Part shown: positions 45,476 to 53,157 of the stretch, in pieces | Position numbering within the stretch: the stretch's first letter is position 1 | How the letters are laid out: each line of letters opens with the position of its first letter | Assembly (NCBI GenBank): GCA_900767605.1 | Contig: CAAFZT010000010.1 | Span: forward strand, 171-64,170 | DNA from: Bacilli bacterium | GTDB taxonomy: Bacteria > Bacillota_I > Bacilli_A > RFN20 > CAG-826 | DNA length: 64,000 bases | Direction of reading: 5' to 3' | Translations under genes and position numbers: made by a program | The notes under the pieces: model-generated | Seen by the model: the letters and a program-made list of their open reading frames with translations, nothing else | The model's database searches: none | What the model was told of the DNA's origin: nothing

Positions 45476-45501
45476 GCCCCCTTGGGCGGACCCAAGGGGG
45501 C
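45476..45501 (-). promoter_or_regulatory. strong intra-operon hairpin between SBP and ATPase genes
   Basis: GCCCCCTTGGG-cgga-CCCAAGGGGGC, an 11-bp stem with no clear U-tract. Confidence 0.5.
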
Positions 45502-45528
45502 AAAAGCCTTTATCTTATCGAATCGAAA

Positions 45529-46818
45529 TTAGCAGGCGGTGCCGTCGAGTTTAACCTCGCCGTTCATCGCTTTGCGTTGAAGCTCAATGTGTTCGGCATC
45601 GAACATGCTGGTTTCCGTGTCACCGGCGAAGTCTTCGGCTTGCACCTTGTATCCAGCGCGGGTCGCGGCCATGAAGACCTGAACTTTGCCTTCGTTTAAA
45701 GCACAGGCTTGAGCATAGCTTCCGCCGGGGAGGAAGGCCGCGTCGATTTGGTTCGCGGCAAGAGCACTGGTGACGGCTTCGTATCCGCCTTCTTTGGTAC
45801 CAACATCAATCTTGAAGGAGAATTTGTTTTCCACCAAGCGGTTGAGGATCGGCTCGAGCTTCTTAGCACGGCTTTCAAGGGTTTGGGCATCGTTAGAAGG
45901 AACGAGCTTGATCTTGATTTCATTGTTGGCATCCGTGGTTTCTTTTGCCGGATACTTCGGGTTTTCGTTGATCGTGATGTCTTTGCCGTTTTGCTTTTGC
46001 TGCCAGACATACATGTCTTTGGCGGCTTTGTAAGCAGCGTCGGTAGTTTTGGCGTAGCCAGTGTGGGAATAGATTTGATAGAGCAACCAAGCGCCAGTAT
46101 TTTCGGTCTTGATGTCGCCGTCAAGGGTCGCGCCCGAGAAGGCGGTCCAGATGGCTTCGCGCTTGGCATCGGAAAGGGCCGCACGGACGGAGATCGTATC
46201 GTTCATGATCGGGTCGGTGATGCCGACGGTGTAGGTGTTGGCGAAAAGGTTTTCTTTGCCTTCGTATTTGCCGCCTTTTTGAACAAAGGCAGAACCATAA
46301 CGGGTATCCATGAATCCGCAGGAGACATCGATCGTGCCGGTCATAAGCATGTCAACACCATCCGGATATTGGGCTTGGTTGATGCCGATGACGGCTTTCT
46401 TCTTATCTTCGGCAGAGAGCTTGTTATATTCTTCGCGGGTCTTGAATCCGAGGGTATAACCATGTTGATAGAGGTAATAGGTCGGATAGACGGTGCCGGC
46501 GCTAGAAGTGCTGGACATATGTCCCCAGACGGCTTCTCCGTCGTGGAGTTTGGCCAAGACTTGGTCTTCGGTCATGCCTTTGGTGATGCCAAAAGCCTTC
46601 TTACCGATGAATTCGCGGGCTTGGTCGCGGAGGGTGTACATGACAGCGGAATAGAAATTGACTTTCTTGGTGCTTTGTTGGCCACGATAGACATAAGCGC
46701 CTTCGGGCAAAGCGTCGCATTTGGCGTCAATGGCGTTGCCATGAACGCCACCGCAGCTTGCTAGAAGCGCGGGAACGGCGAGGGCGAGAACGAAAAACTT
46801 CTTCGAAACGTGTTTCAT
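45529..46818 (-). CDS. phnD: PhnD-like substrate-binding lipoprotein (enlarged; motif order unusual)
   Basis: Start trimmed to MKHVSKKFFVLALAVPALLASCGG. It has the PhnD-like motifs GHMSSTSSAGTVYPTYY and GGYEAVTSALAANQIDAAFLPGGSYAQA. Confidence 0.7.
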   Translation of the reverse strand: MKHVSKKFFVLALAVPALLASCGGVHGNAIDAKCDALPEGAYVYRGQQSTKKVNFYSAVMYTLRDQAREFIGKKAFGITKGMTEDQVLAKLHDGEAVWGHMSSTSSAGTVYPTYYLYQHGYTLGFKTREEYNKLSAEDKKKAVIGINQAQYPDGVDMLMTGTIDVSCGFMDTRYGSAFVQKGGKYEGKENLFANTYTVGITDPIMNDTISVRAALSDAKREAIWTAFSGATLDGDIKTENTGAWLLYQIYSHTGYAKTTDAAYKAAKDMYVWQQKQNGKDITINENPKYPAKETTDANNEIKIKLVPSNDAQTLESRAKKLEPILNRLVENKFSFKIDVGTKEGGYEAVTSALAANQIDAAFLPGGSYAQACALNEGKVQVFMAATRAGYKVQAEDFAGDTETSMFDAEHIELQRKAMNGEVKLDGTAC

Positions 46819-47117
46819 GAAATGATTCCTTTCTGGGTTTCCCCAACACGCGTTGGCATGGAAGCAAACCAAAAAAAGAGGGAAAAGCCCCGTGACGGAT
46901 GCCATGCTGCTTTCTGCGTTTGCTTCATAACCGCTCTATAGTTTAATTCCGTTTTTCTAGACAAAAAAAGCCCCAATTTTCAAGAAAACGCTTTGACAAA
47001 AAAGAACGTTGAAATTGGTATCCCAATAGAGGGAAAATATAATTCCTGCCCCATAAGGAAATAGATCGATAAAGAAGAGCGAAACCCTTCTAGGGTTTAT
47101 TCTATAAGCCCCTTTTT

Positions 47118-47158
47118 CTAGTCGAAAAAAATCAAAGACTTTGGAAAATTTCGACTAT
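47118..47158. repeat. 41-nt palindromic element, copy 1
   Basis: The sequence is ctagtcgaaaaaaatcaaagactttggaaaatttcgactat. The arms TAGTCGAAA / TTTCGACTA are perfect inverted repeats. Confidence 0.85.
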
Positions 47159-47192
47159 AATTTTTGCAACTAATGGTCATCGCGATATAATG

Positions 47193-47227
47193 TAGTCGAA
47201 AAAAATCAAAGACTTGGAGAATTCTCG
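47193..47227. repeat. 41-nt element, copy 2 (3' half diverged into SD + start context)
   Basis: In tagtcgaaaaaaatcaaagacttggagaattctcga, the first 23 nt are identical to copy 1. It ends directly at ATG 47228. Confidence 0.8.
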
Positions 47228-48550
47228 ATGATGTATTTTGACCGAAAATGGTATTTGAATCAGTTAATTGCCAAGAAAAATAACGCATTAATCAAGGTGA
47301 TTACCGGAGCAAGAAGAAGTGGAAAATCCTATTTGATGAACCAGATTTTCTATGGCTCTTTGTTAAAGGACGGGGTAAAGGAAAAAAACATCATCCGTTT
47401 CGCTTTTGATAACGATGAACATCTTGATCTCCTTGATTCCTTTTATCCTGATGAAAAAACGAAAATCAACGTGGGGAAAGACGCTTATGTCGTTAACTCC
47501 AAGAAATTCCGGGCCTATATCAAAAGCGTGACCAACGACACGGAGAAATTCTATTTATTGCTAGATGAAATCCAATTATTGGAATCTTTTGTTGGTACCT
47601 TAAATGGGTTTTTGTCGCACACCAATTTTGACGTCTATGTTACGGGCAGTAACTCCCAATTGCTGTCTTCGGAAATCGAAACGAAATTTCGAGGCAGAAA
47701 ATCCTCCATCCATTTGCTGCCGTTATCGTTTTCCGAATTCGTATCGGGCAGCCAGCTATCTCCTGAATTAGCGTGGAAGAAATACCTCGTCACCGGAGGC
47801 ATCCCCATTGTTTATCAACAAAAAGAAGAAGACCGAGAATCCTATTTGATGGATTTATGCCAAGAGACGTATCTCAAGGACATCATTGGGAGAAAGCATG
47901 TTAAAGACGGGGATACCTTATCCGATTTATTTGGGGTCCTAGCTTCTTGCGTGGGATCGGGGGTCAGCCCATCTAGTCTAGAGAAAGCCTTTCGAGCAAG
48001 AAAAAGCGTTTCTGTCAGTGATGACACGATTGCCACTTACATCCATCATTTCGAAGACGCCTTCGTTGTCTCTATCGCTAACAAATATAACATTAAAGGG
48101 AAAGCTTATATCAATACGCCTTTCAAGGTTTATTTTGAAGATATCGGTGTACGGAACGCACGGACGAATTTCTCTCAAATCGAAGAAACCCACTTAATGG
48201 AAAACATCATCTACAACGAACTAAGGTATCGGGGTTTCCACGTATCGGTAGGAGAAGTAGACGTGAATGAGATGACCGATAGAATCGATATCAATGGAAA
48301 GAAAATCTACAAACAAAAATCGTTAGAAGTCGATTTCATCGCCACGAAAGGGAATCAAAAATATTACATTCAATCTTGCCTAAACATGAATGATGAAGAG
48401 ACCTTAAAAAGAGAAAAAAGAAGCCTTCATGCGATTGATGATTCCTTTGAAAAGATCATCGTCACGAAAAATGGATTGGATGCGTTTATCGATGAAAACG
48501 GCTATCGCATCATCGATATCTTTGATTTCTTGTTAAACCCTCCTTTCTAG
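47228..48550 (+). CDS. AAA ATPase (AAA_14 + DUF4143-type)
   Basis: Has ITGARRSGKSYL (Walker A), LLLDEIQ (Walker B) and VYVTGSNS. Length is 440 aa. Confidence 0.8.
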   Translation: MMYFDRKWYLNQLIAKKNNALIKVITGARRSGKSYLMNQIFYGSLLKDGVKEKNIIRFAFDNDEHLDLLDSFYPDEKTKINVGKDAYVVNSKKFRAYIKSVTNDTEKFYLLLDEIQLLESFVGTLNGFLSHTNFDVYVTGSNSQLLSSEIETKFRGRKSSIHLLPLSFSEFVSGSQLSPELAWKKYLVTGGIPIVYQQKEEDRESYLMDLCQETYLKDIIGRKHVKDGDTLSDLFGVLASCVGSGVSPSSLEKAFRARKSVSVSDDTIATYIHHFEDAFVVSIANKYNIKGKAYINTPFKVYFEDIGVRNARTNFSQIEETHLMENIIYNELRYRGFHVSVGEVDVNEMTDRIDINGKKIYKQKSLEVDFIATKGNQKYYIQSCLNMNDEETLKREKRSLHAIDDSFEKIIVTKNGLDAFIDENGYRIIDIFDFLLNPPF

Positions 48551-48587
48551 TCGAGAAAAATCAAAGACTTTGTAAAATTTCGACTAG
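48547..48587. repeat. 41-nt palindromic element, copy 3
   Basis: ctagtcgagaaaaatcaaagactttgtaaaatttcgactag has 3 mismatches to copy 1. It contains the TAG stop of the ATPase gene. Confidence 0.85.
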
Positions 48588-48687
48588 AAACATAACAGGC
48601 GAGAGTCTCTTTCATTGTTAATTGACAAATGGACCTCCAATCGTTCAACATAAGGCTACATTTGTTTAACGAAGGGAGGTTTCATAC

Positions 48688-49227
48688 ATGAAAATCGTTA
48701 AACTGATCGAAAATATTTTCCTCATCTTGGGAAGCGTGTTGTTCGTCGTTGCTGGCATCCTTTCCTATAGCCTGGATGAAACTCTTGGCATCAAGGGTTT
48801 TGCCACGGGTCTTGCCCTAATGGGCGGATTCACAGTTCTTTGCTTATTCGTTGGCATCTTCCTTTATTTCGTGGAGAACAAAGTCTTGTCTCGTTTAGGC
48901 CTTGCCTTGGTCCTTGGCTGCGCCTGCATCAATCTAGGGTTGGCTATCGTTTCTTTGGGAGAATCCGCTAAAACAAGTGCCAACGATACTTCCATTAGCT
49001 ACATTCTTGCCATGGTTGGAAGCATCATCGTGATCCTCGCTTTCTTCTTGGACATGACTTATCTTGTTTTGGAAAAGGCCTTGAACGTTCAAAAGGAAGC
49101 CACTTCTGCGGAGCAACTTAATAACGACGTGGAGTTGCTGGAAAAGTGGAAGAAACTCCTTGACGAAAAGATGATCACGGAAGAGGAATTCGAGGCGAAA
49201 CGGGAAGCCATCCTTCATATTAAATAA
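48688..49227 (+). CDS. membrane protein with C-terminal SHOCT domain
   Basis: Has four hydrophobic helices followed by LLEKWKKLLDEKMITEEEFEAKREAIL. Confidence 0.7.
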   Translation: MKIVKLIENIFLILGSVLFVVAGILSYSLDETLGIKGFATGLALMGGFTVLCLFVGIFLYFVENKVLSRLGLALVLGCACINLGLAIVSLGESAKTSANDTSISYILAMVGSIIVILAFFLDMTYLVLEKALNVQKEATSAEQLNNDVELLEKWKKLLDEKMITEEEFEAKREAILHIK

Positions 49228-49247
49228 GGGGGACGTATCAACCATCA

Positions 49248-49273
49248 GGATCCGGGGAACCGGGTCCTTTTTC
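49248..49273 (+). terminator. rho-independent terminator
   Basis: GGATCCGG-ggaa-CCGGGTCC followed by TTTTT. Confidence 0.7.
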
Positions 49274-49395
49274 GTTTATCACCCCTTCTTTATGTTTTTT
49301 GAACATATCGTTTACCTATGTTAAAAATAGACGTTTCTGCTGATGAAAAAAGGTCGAGGTACCACTTTTTGTAAATAGAAACACGTTCACACTTA

Positions 49396-49428
49396 CAAAA
49401 AACGGTCAAAGGACCGCTTTTCGTAAAT
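49396..49428 (-). terminator. terminator-like module downstream of the DUF2075 gene (one of two imperfect ~32-nt direct copies)
   Basis: On the minus strand, CGGTC-cttt-GACCG is followed by TTTTTT. A weaker paralogous copy lies at 49345-49376. Confidence 0.4.
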
Positions 49429-49465
49429 AAAAGAAAAAAGGAATAAGAGGGAAGATTAAAGTTTG

Positions 49466-51343
49466 TTACGCCCTTTTGGCCCCTAGTTTCACCAAATAGT
49501 CCGCGAGGTTTTGGTCTTCACAGAAGATAAAGCATCCTTTTTGCCCACGGGTTAATAAAGTCTTGTACGTATTTTTGATAATCATGTCTCCTAAGGGGGA
49601 CGGTCCCTTTTTCAAAGATTGGGGCGAGAACGTCGACTTGTCCGATTTGGCGTTCTTCGTGGGGTCCGCGATGACTTTGCCCCCTTCATAACGAAGGTCT
49701 AGCCCGATGATGACCCCACAGTAATCAAATTCCAAACCTTGGCTGGTATAAATGCAGCCAACCTGCTCGAAGGAATCGGGGTCGATGGCCCAGGTAGAAG
49801 TGCCAGAGAAATTCCATTGGGCTTCAAATCCGTTCTTTAAAAAGATGTCGGAGTCCTTTTCGTGTCCTGGTTTGCTGGAATTCCATTCATAGGTATAGCC
49901 CGCGAGCATTCTGGCTTTGTTATTGATTTGGTTCAGCTTGCGAAGATCGTCCCTCATTTTGTTGGGATCGCTATAAACGCGGAGGTCATAATCGAGATCG
50001 AATTGCTCATTCGCGGTTTCTCGGATTCCTAACGCGTTATCGATCCAGGCGATGAACCCGTCGCTTCCATTGCACCGAAATTGGCTATGGAGGATTAAAT
50101 CAGGACTTTCAATGACTCTGGCCCCCTCCATTTCGGCGTCTTTCCGTAATTGAACCAAAGAACCCATGTCTTTGGTGGTGATTCGTTGTTCTTCGTCCAA
50201 AAAGAACGCGGTGACTTTGGAGGCGTGAATGATACGACGGGCTTGATCGATCCCCGATTTATCAAAGAAATTCGAACGGTCGCCAAGACGGTGTGCCTCG
50301 TCTACAAGCAAGCAATCGTAACGGTCTTTCGTCTCGTTTACGAATCCCTGTGAGCTTTTGAAGAGGTTTTTGATATAGGCTTTTGATTTATGGCCACGAG
50401 TTAATTCGGTGGCAAACACGTTACGGGGAGCTGCATTTTTGGTGACGTAAGAAGCGGAATAGCCTTGGTGAATCAATTCCGCGAGCAAAGAAACCGCGAT
50501 GACGGATTTGCCCGTCCCTGGGCCACCTTGGATGAGAATGACGGTTTTGCCTGGTTGTTTGGATGCTTTTTGAACGTAAGAAAGAATCGCGGAATAAGCA
50601 ACCTGTTGCTCATCAAGCATATAGAATTCTTGGTTGCCTTCTAATAAGCTCAATATCGATTCCTGCAGGGATTTGGATGGTTTGAGTTTGCCGTGTTCAA
50701 TGATGCGAAATAAGTCTTTGCTAGAGGGTTTAACGATATGGTGTTTGATGTCGTTGCGTAGGGCATGACGGTCCATGGCTGAGGATAAATACAAAGGGAC
50801 GTGCTTTAAATAGAATTCATAACGGCTGTCCGTGAGGTTTTTACGATCTTCTTCTTTGTAGTTATGAAGATAGGCTGCCGGGAAAAGTGAAATATCCCCG
50901 TCTTGGATTTCTTGGTTTAAGTTTTTTAGCAGCATCGCGTAGTTATAGATTTGGGCACAGGGATGTTGAACGTAACGATTGGCTCCCCCAACGAAGGTGC
51001 GGACGCAGTTTTCGTAGTTGGATAATTCCGCGGTCTCCCATTGCTTTAATTCCAGCAGGTATACGTTGTCTTTCCCTTTTTCGTCTTGTCCTGAAATCAT
51101 GAAGTCGATGCGTTTCCCCGTCGTGGGGATCCGGTATTCCAAAGCCACTTGGGCAAGCCCGGGGATATCTTCGTTATCCAAAATCGAGGCGACGCGGGTT
51201 AACGATTGCTTCCAGGATTCCTGTTCGGCGTGCCCGCCTCCATTGATCCCCAATTCTTGGAATTTACGTAATAAACGTAATGACAATGTGCTATCAAACG
51301 CCTCTTGGACGAATTGATCCTTGGTCCCCTCATAGATAATCAT
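49466..51343 (-). CDS. DUF2075-type nuclease-helicase fusion
   Basis: The N-terminus has a PD-(D/E)xK-like pattern (GKRIDFMISG...YLLELKQWE). It is followed by an SF1-like P-loop (QGGPGTGKSVIA) and LLVDEAHRL. Length is 625 aa. Confidence 0.75.
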   Translation of the reverse strand: MIIYEGTKDQFVQEAFDSTLSLRLLRKFQELGINGGGHAEQESWKQSLTRVASILDNEDIPGLAQVALEYRIPTTGKRIDFMISGQDEKGKDNVYLLELKQWETAELSNYENCVRTFVGGANRYVQHPCAQIYNYAMLLKNLNQEIQDGDISLFPAAYLHNYKEEDRKNLTDSRYEFYLKHVPLYLSSAMDRHALRNDIKHHIVKPSSKDLFRIIEHGKLKPSKSLQESILSLLEGNQEFYMLDEQQVAYSAILSYVQKASKQPGKTVILIQGGPGTGKSVIAVSLLAELIHQGYSASYVTKNAAPRNVFATELTRGHKSKAYIKNLFKSSQGFVNETKDRYDCLLVDEAHRLGDRSNFFDKSGIDQARRIIHASKVTAFFLDEEQRITTKDMGSLVQLRKDAEMEGARVIESPDLILHSQFRCNGSDGFIAWIDNALGIRETANEQFDLDYDLRVYSDPNKMRDDLRKLNQINNKARMLAGYTYEWNSSKPGHEKDSDIFLKNGFEAQWNFSGTSTWAIDPDSFEQVGCIYTSQGLEFDYCGVIIGLDLRYEGGKVIADPTKNAKSDKSTFSPQSLKKGPSPLGDMIIKNTYKTLLTRGQKGCFIFCEDQNLADYLVKLGAKRA

Positions 51344-51451
51344 GATGAAGAAATTATACGGGGCGCGGAAATCTCGTCCAAAGAAAGAATGTTATAAAAG
51401 TGTTATAGGGGTTGATTCAAATGTCCAATTCGTTCCATCGCTTCCCCATTT

Positions 51452-51460
51452 TGCTATAAT
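51452..51460 (+). promoter_or_regulatory. extended -10 (TGcTATAAT), probably giving a leaderless mRNA
   Basis: The -10 ends 7 nt before ATG 51468, and no SD lies in between. Confidence 0.4.
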
Positions 51461-51467
51461 TCTTGGG

Positions 51468-52322
51468 ATGGACAAAACACCGGAAAACGAAGAGAAATCC
51501 GCCGCCATTCCTTCAAGTAGAGGAAAGCAGTTTTTCTACATTTTGAAGCAGAACTGGCTCACGATTTTCTATGTGTCTTTGCTTTATTTTGTCGCTTCGC
51601 TTCCTTTGCTCTTTTTCGTAGGACTTAGTTACATCCATTATTCGGCCTCGCTAGAAGGGGGTAGTTCAACGGGAGAACAGCTTTTCTCTTTGATTTTATT
51701 AACCATTGGCATCTCCTTGCCCTGTTTCTTGTTCCTTTCTATTGGAGCTGCGGGGGCGTATGGATATTTTGGAGAAGCCCTTCAGCATAACGACGCGGGC
51801 TTTCCTTCCTTTTGGAAATCCATCCAAAAACTCTGGTTACCGTTTCTCCTCCTCTATTTTGCCGAATGGGTTTTCTTTGCCCTTACGTTATTCAATTATG
51901 GGTTCTATCTTTACGTTGATTTCTCTGCGCCTGCGAAACTCGCTTTCTTGATCATTTCCTGCATTTTGCTTTTCTTGTTCGCTTTGGCTAAACCCTATTT
52001 CGTCATCCAAATCCTTTTCTTCAAAACCCCGTTTATCCCTTTGGTCCGCAACGCCCTGCTATTGCCCTTTACCCGTTTATTTCATTCTTTATCGACCTTA
52101 TTTGCTTCTAGCCTTTTCTACGTCTTATTTCTTTTCTGGCCGATGGGGTATCTCTTTATTCTCGTGGTTCTCTATATCATTTTCGGCGGGGCCGTCAGCA
52201 TTTTGTTCTCGTTGCTATTTAATTTCTCTTCCTTAGAAAAAAACCTTCCAAAGGAACAACTTGGAAGGTTATATCATGTAGGTCTTAACGACAGTCCTGA
52301 AGAAGGGGAATCGCCTCACTAG
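51468..52322 (+). CDS. YesL-like (DUF624) integral membrane protein
   Basis: Start trimmed to MDKTPENEE. Polytopic membrane protein similar in layout to CDS 16873-17685. Confidence 0.55.
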   Translation: MDKTPENEEKSAAIPSSRGKQFFYILKQNWLTIFYVSLLYFVASLPLLFFVGLSYIHYSASLEGGSSTGEQLFSLILLTIGISLPCFLFLSIGAAGAYGYFGEALQHNDAGFPSFWKSIQKLWLPFLLLYFAEWVFFALTLFNYGFYLYVDFSAPAKLAFLIISCILLFLFALAKPYFVIQILFFKTPFIPLVRNALLLPFTRLFHSLSTLFASSLFYVLFLFWPMGYLFILVVLYIIFGGAVSILFSLLFNFSSLEKNLPKEQLGRLYHVGLNDSPEEGESPH

Positions 52323-53157
52323 CCCCACGTTTTAAACAGGCTAACGCGCTTGCAGTAGTCGCAACCTCTAAACATTCAAGAATGGGTTTTCCATTAGCAA
52401 AAGCACTTAAGAAGAATCCTAGATAAGTATCCCCTGCCCCTGTAGTATCCACGGGTTTAATTTTCTCGGCTTCGATGGAATACGTCCCTTCAGGGCCCAC
52501 GTATTTGCTTCCTTTGGATCCAAAAGTCATTAGTAACCGAGAAACAGGAAGGCCGTGAATAGAAGAAGCACCTGCCTTTAATAAGACAGCTTCTAGTTCT
52601 TTCTCGTTAACTACAAGCATATCGATGTCTTTTAACATGGAAGCGTCGAAGTCCCCGATGGGAGACGGGTTCCAAACCGTGAATAAGCCTTTCTCTTTGG
52701 CTTTATGAAAGGCTTGAAGGGTTAAACCTGGTTCATTTTCAAATTGGCTCAGGAAGAAGTCGCCGGGTTTGGCTTTATCTAGAAAAGCGTCTAGTTCCCA
52801 GTTTTTAATCGCGTAGTTCGATCCATGTGCCAAGATGATCCGGTTATCCCCATCATGGAGGATGATAACCGCGGTACCGGTGCTTTCGGCTTCATCGATT
52901 AGGATCGTGCTGGTATCAAGTCCAAACGAAGCAAGGGCTTTTAAGGCGTTTTCGCCAAAAGCATCCTTGCCGACTTTGGCGAGTAACTGAACCTTCGCAC
53001 CTCCGTGGTGCAAGGCAACTGCTTGGTTGGCTCCTTTGCCACCTAGTGCTAACTTTAAACCATCCCCGTTCACGGTTTCCCCTTGCTTGGGGAATATGGG
53101 GGCGACAATCGAAATATCTTGGTTGATGGAACCGAGTTCAAATACTGTTTTTAGCAT
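52285..53157 (-). CDS. rbsK: ribokinase (PfkB family)
   Basis: Has the GGKGANQAVAL and DTTGAGDTYLG signatures. Confidence 0.85.
   Translation of the reverse strand: MLKTVFELGSINQDISIVAPIFPKQGETVNGDGLKLALGGKGANQAVALHHGGAKVQLLAKVGKDAFGENALKALASFGLDTSTILIDEAESTGTAVIILHDGDNRIILAHGSNYAIKNWELDAFLDKAKPGDFFLSQFENEPGLTLQAFHKAKEKGLFTVWNPSPIGDFDASMLKDIDMLVVNEKELEAVLLKAGASSIHGLPVSRLLMTFGSKGSKYVGPEGTYSIEAEKIKPVDTTGAGDTYLGFFLSAFANGKPILECLEVATTASALACLKRGASEAIPLLQDCR

Noticed and set aside
45709-46764. 351-aa plus-strand ORF
   Set aside because: It runs antisense to the PhnD-like lipoprotein gene, which has a lipobox and family motifs. It has no SD, and its G/V/D-rich composition is typical of a shadow ORF.
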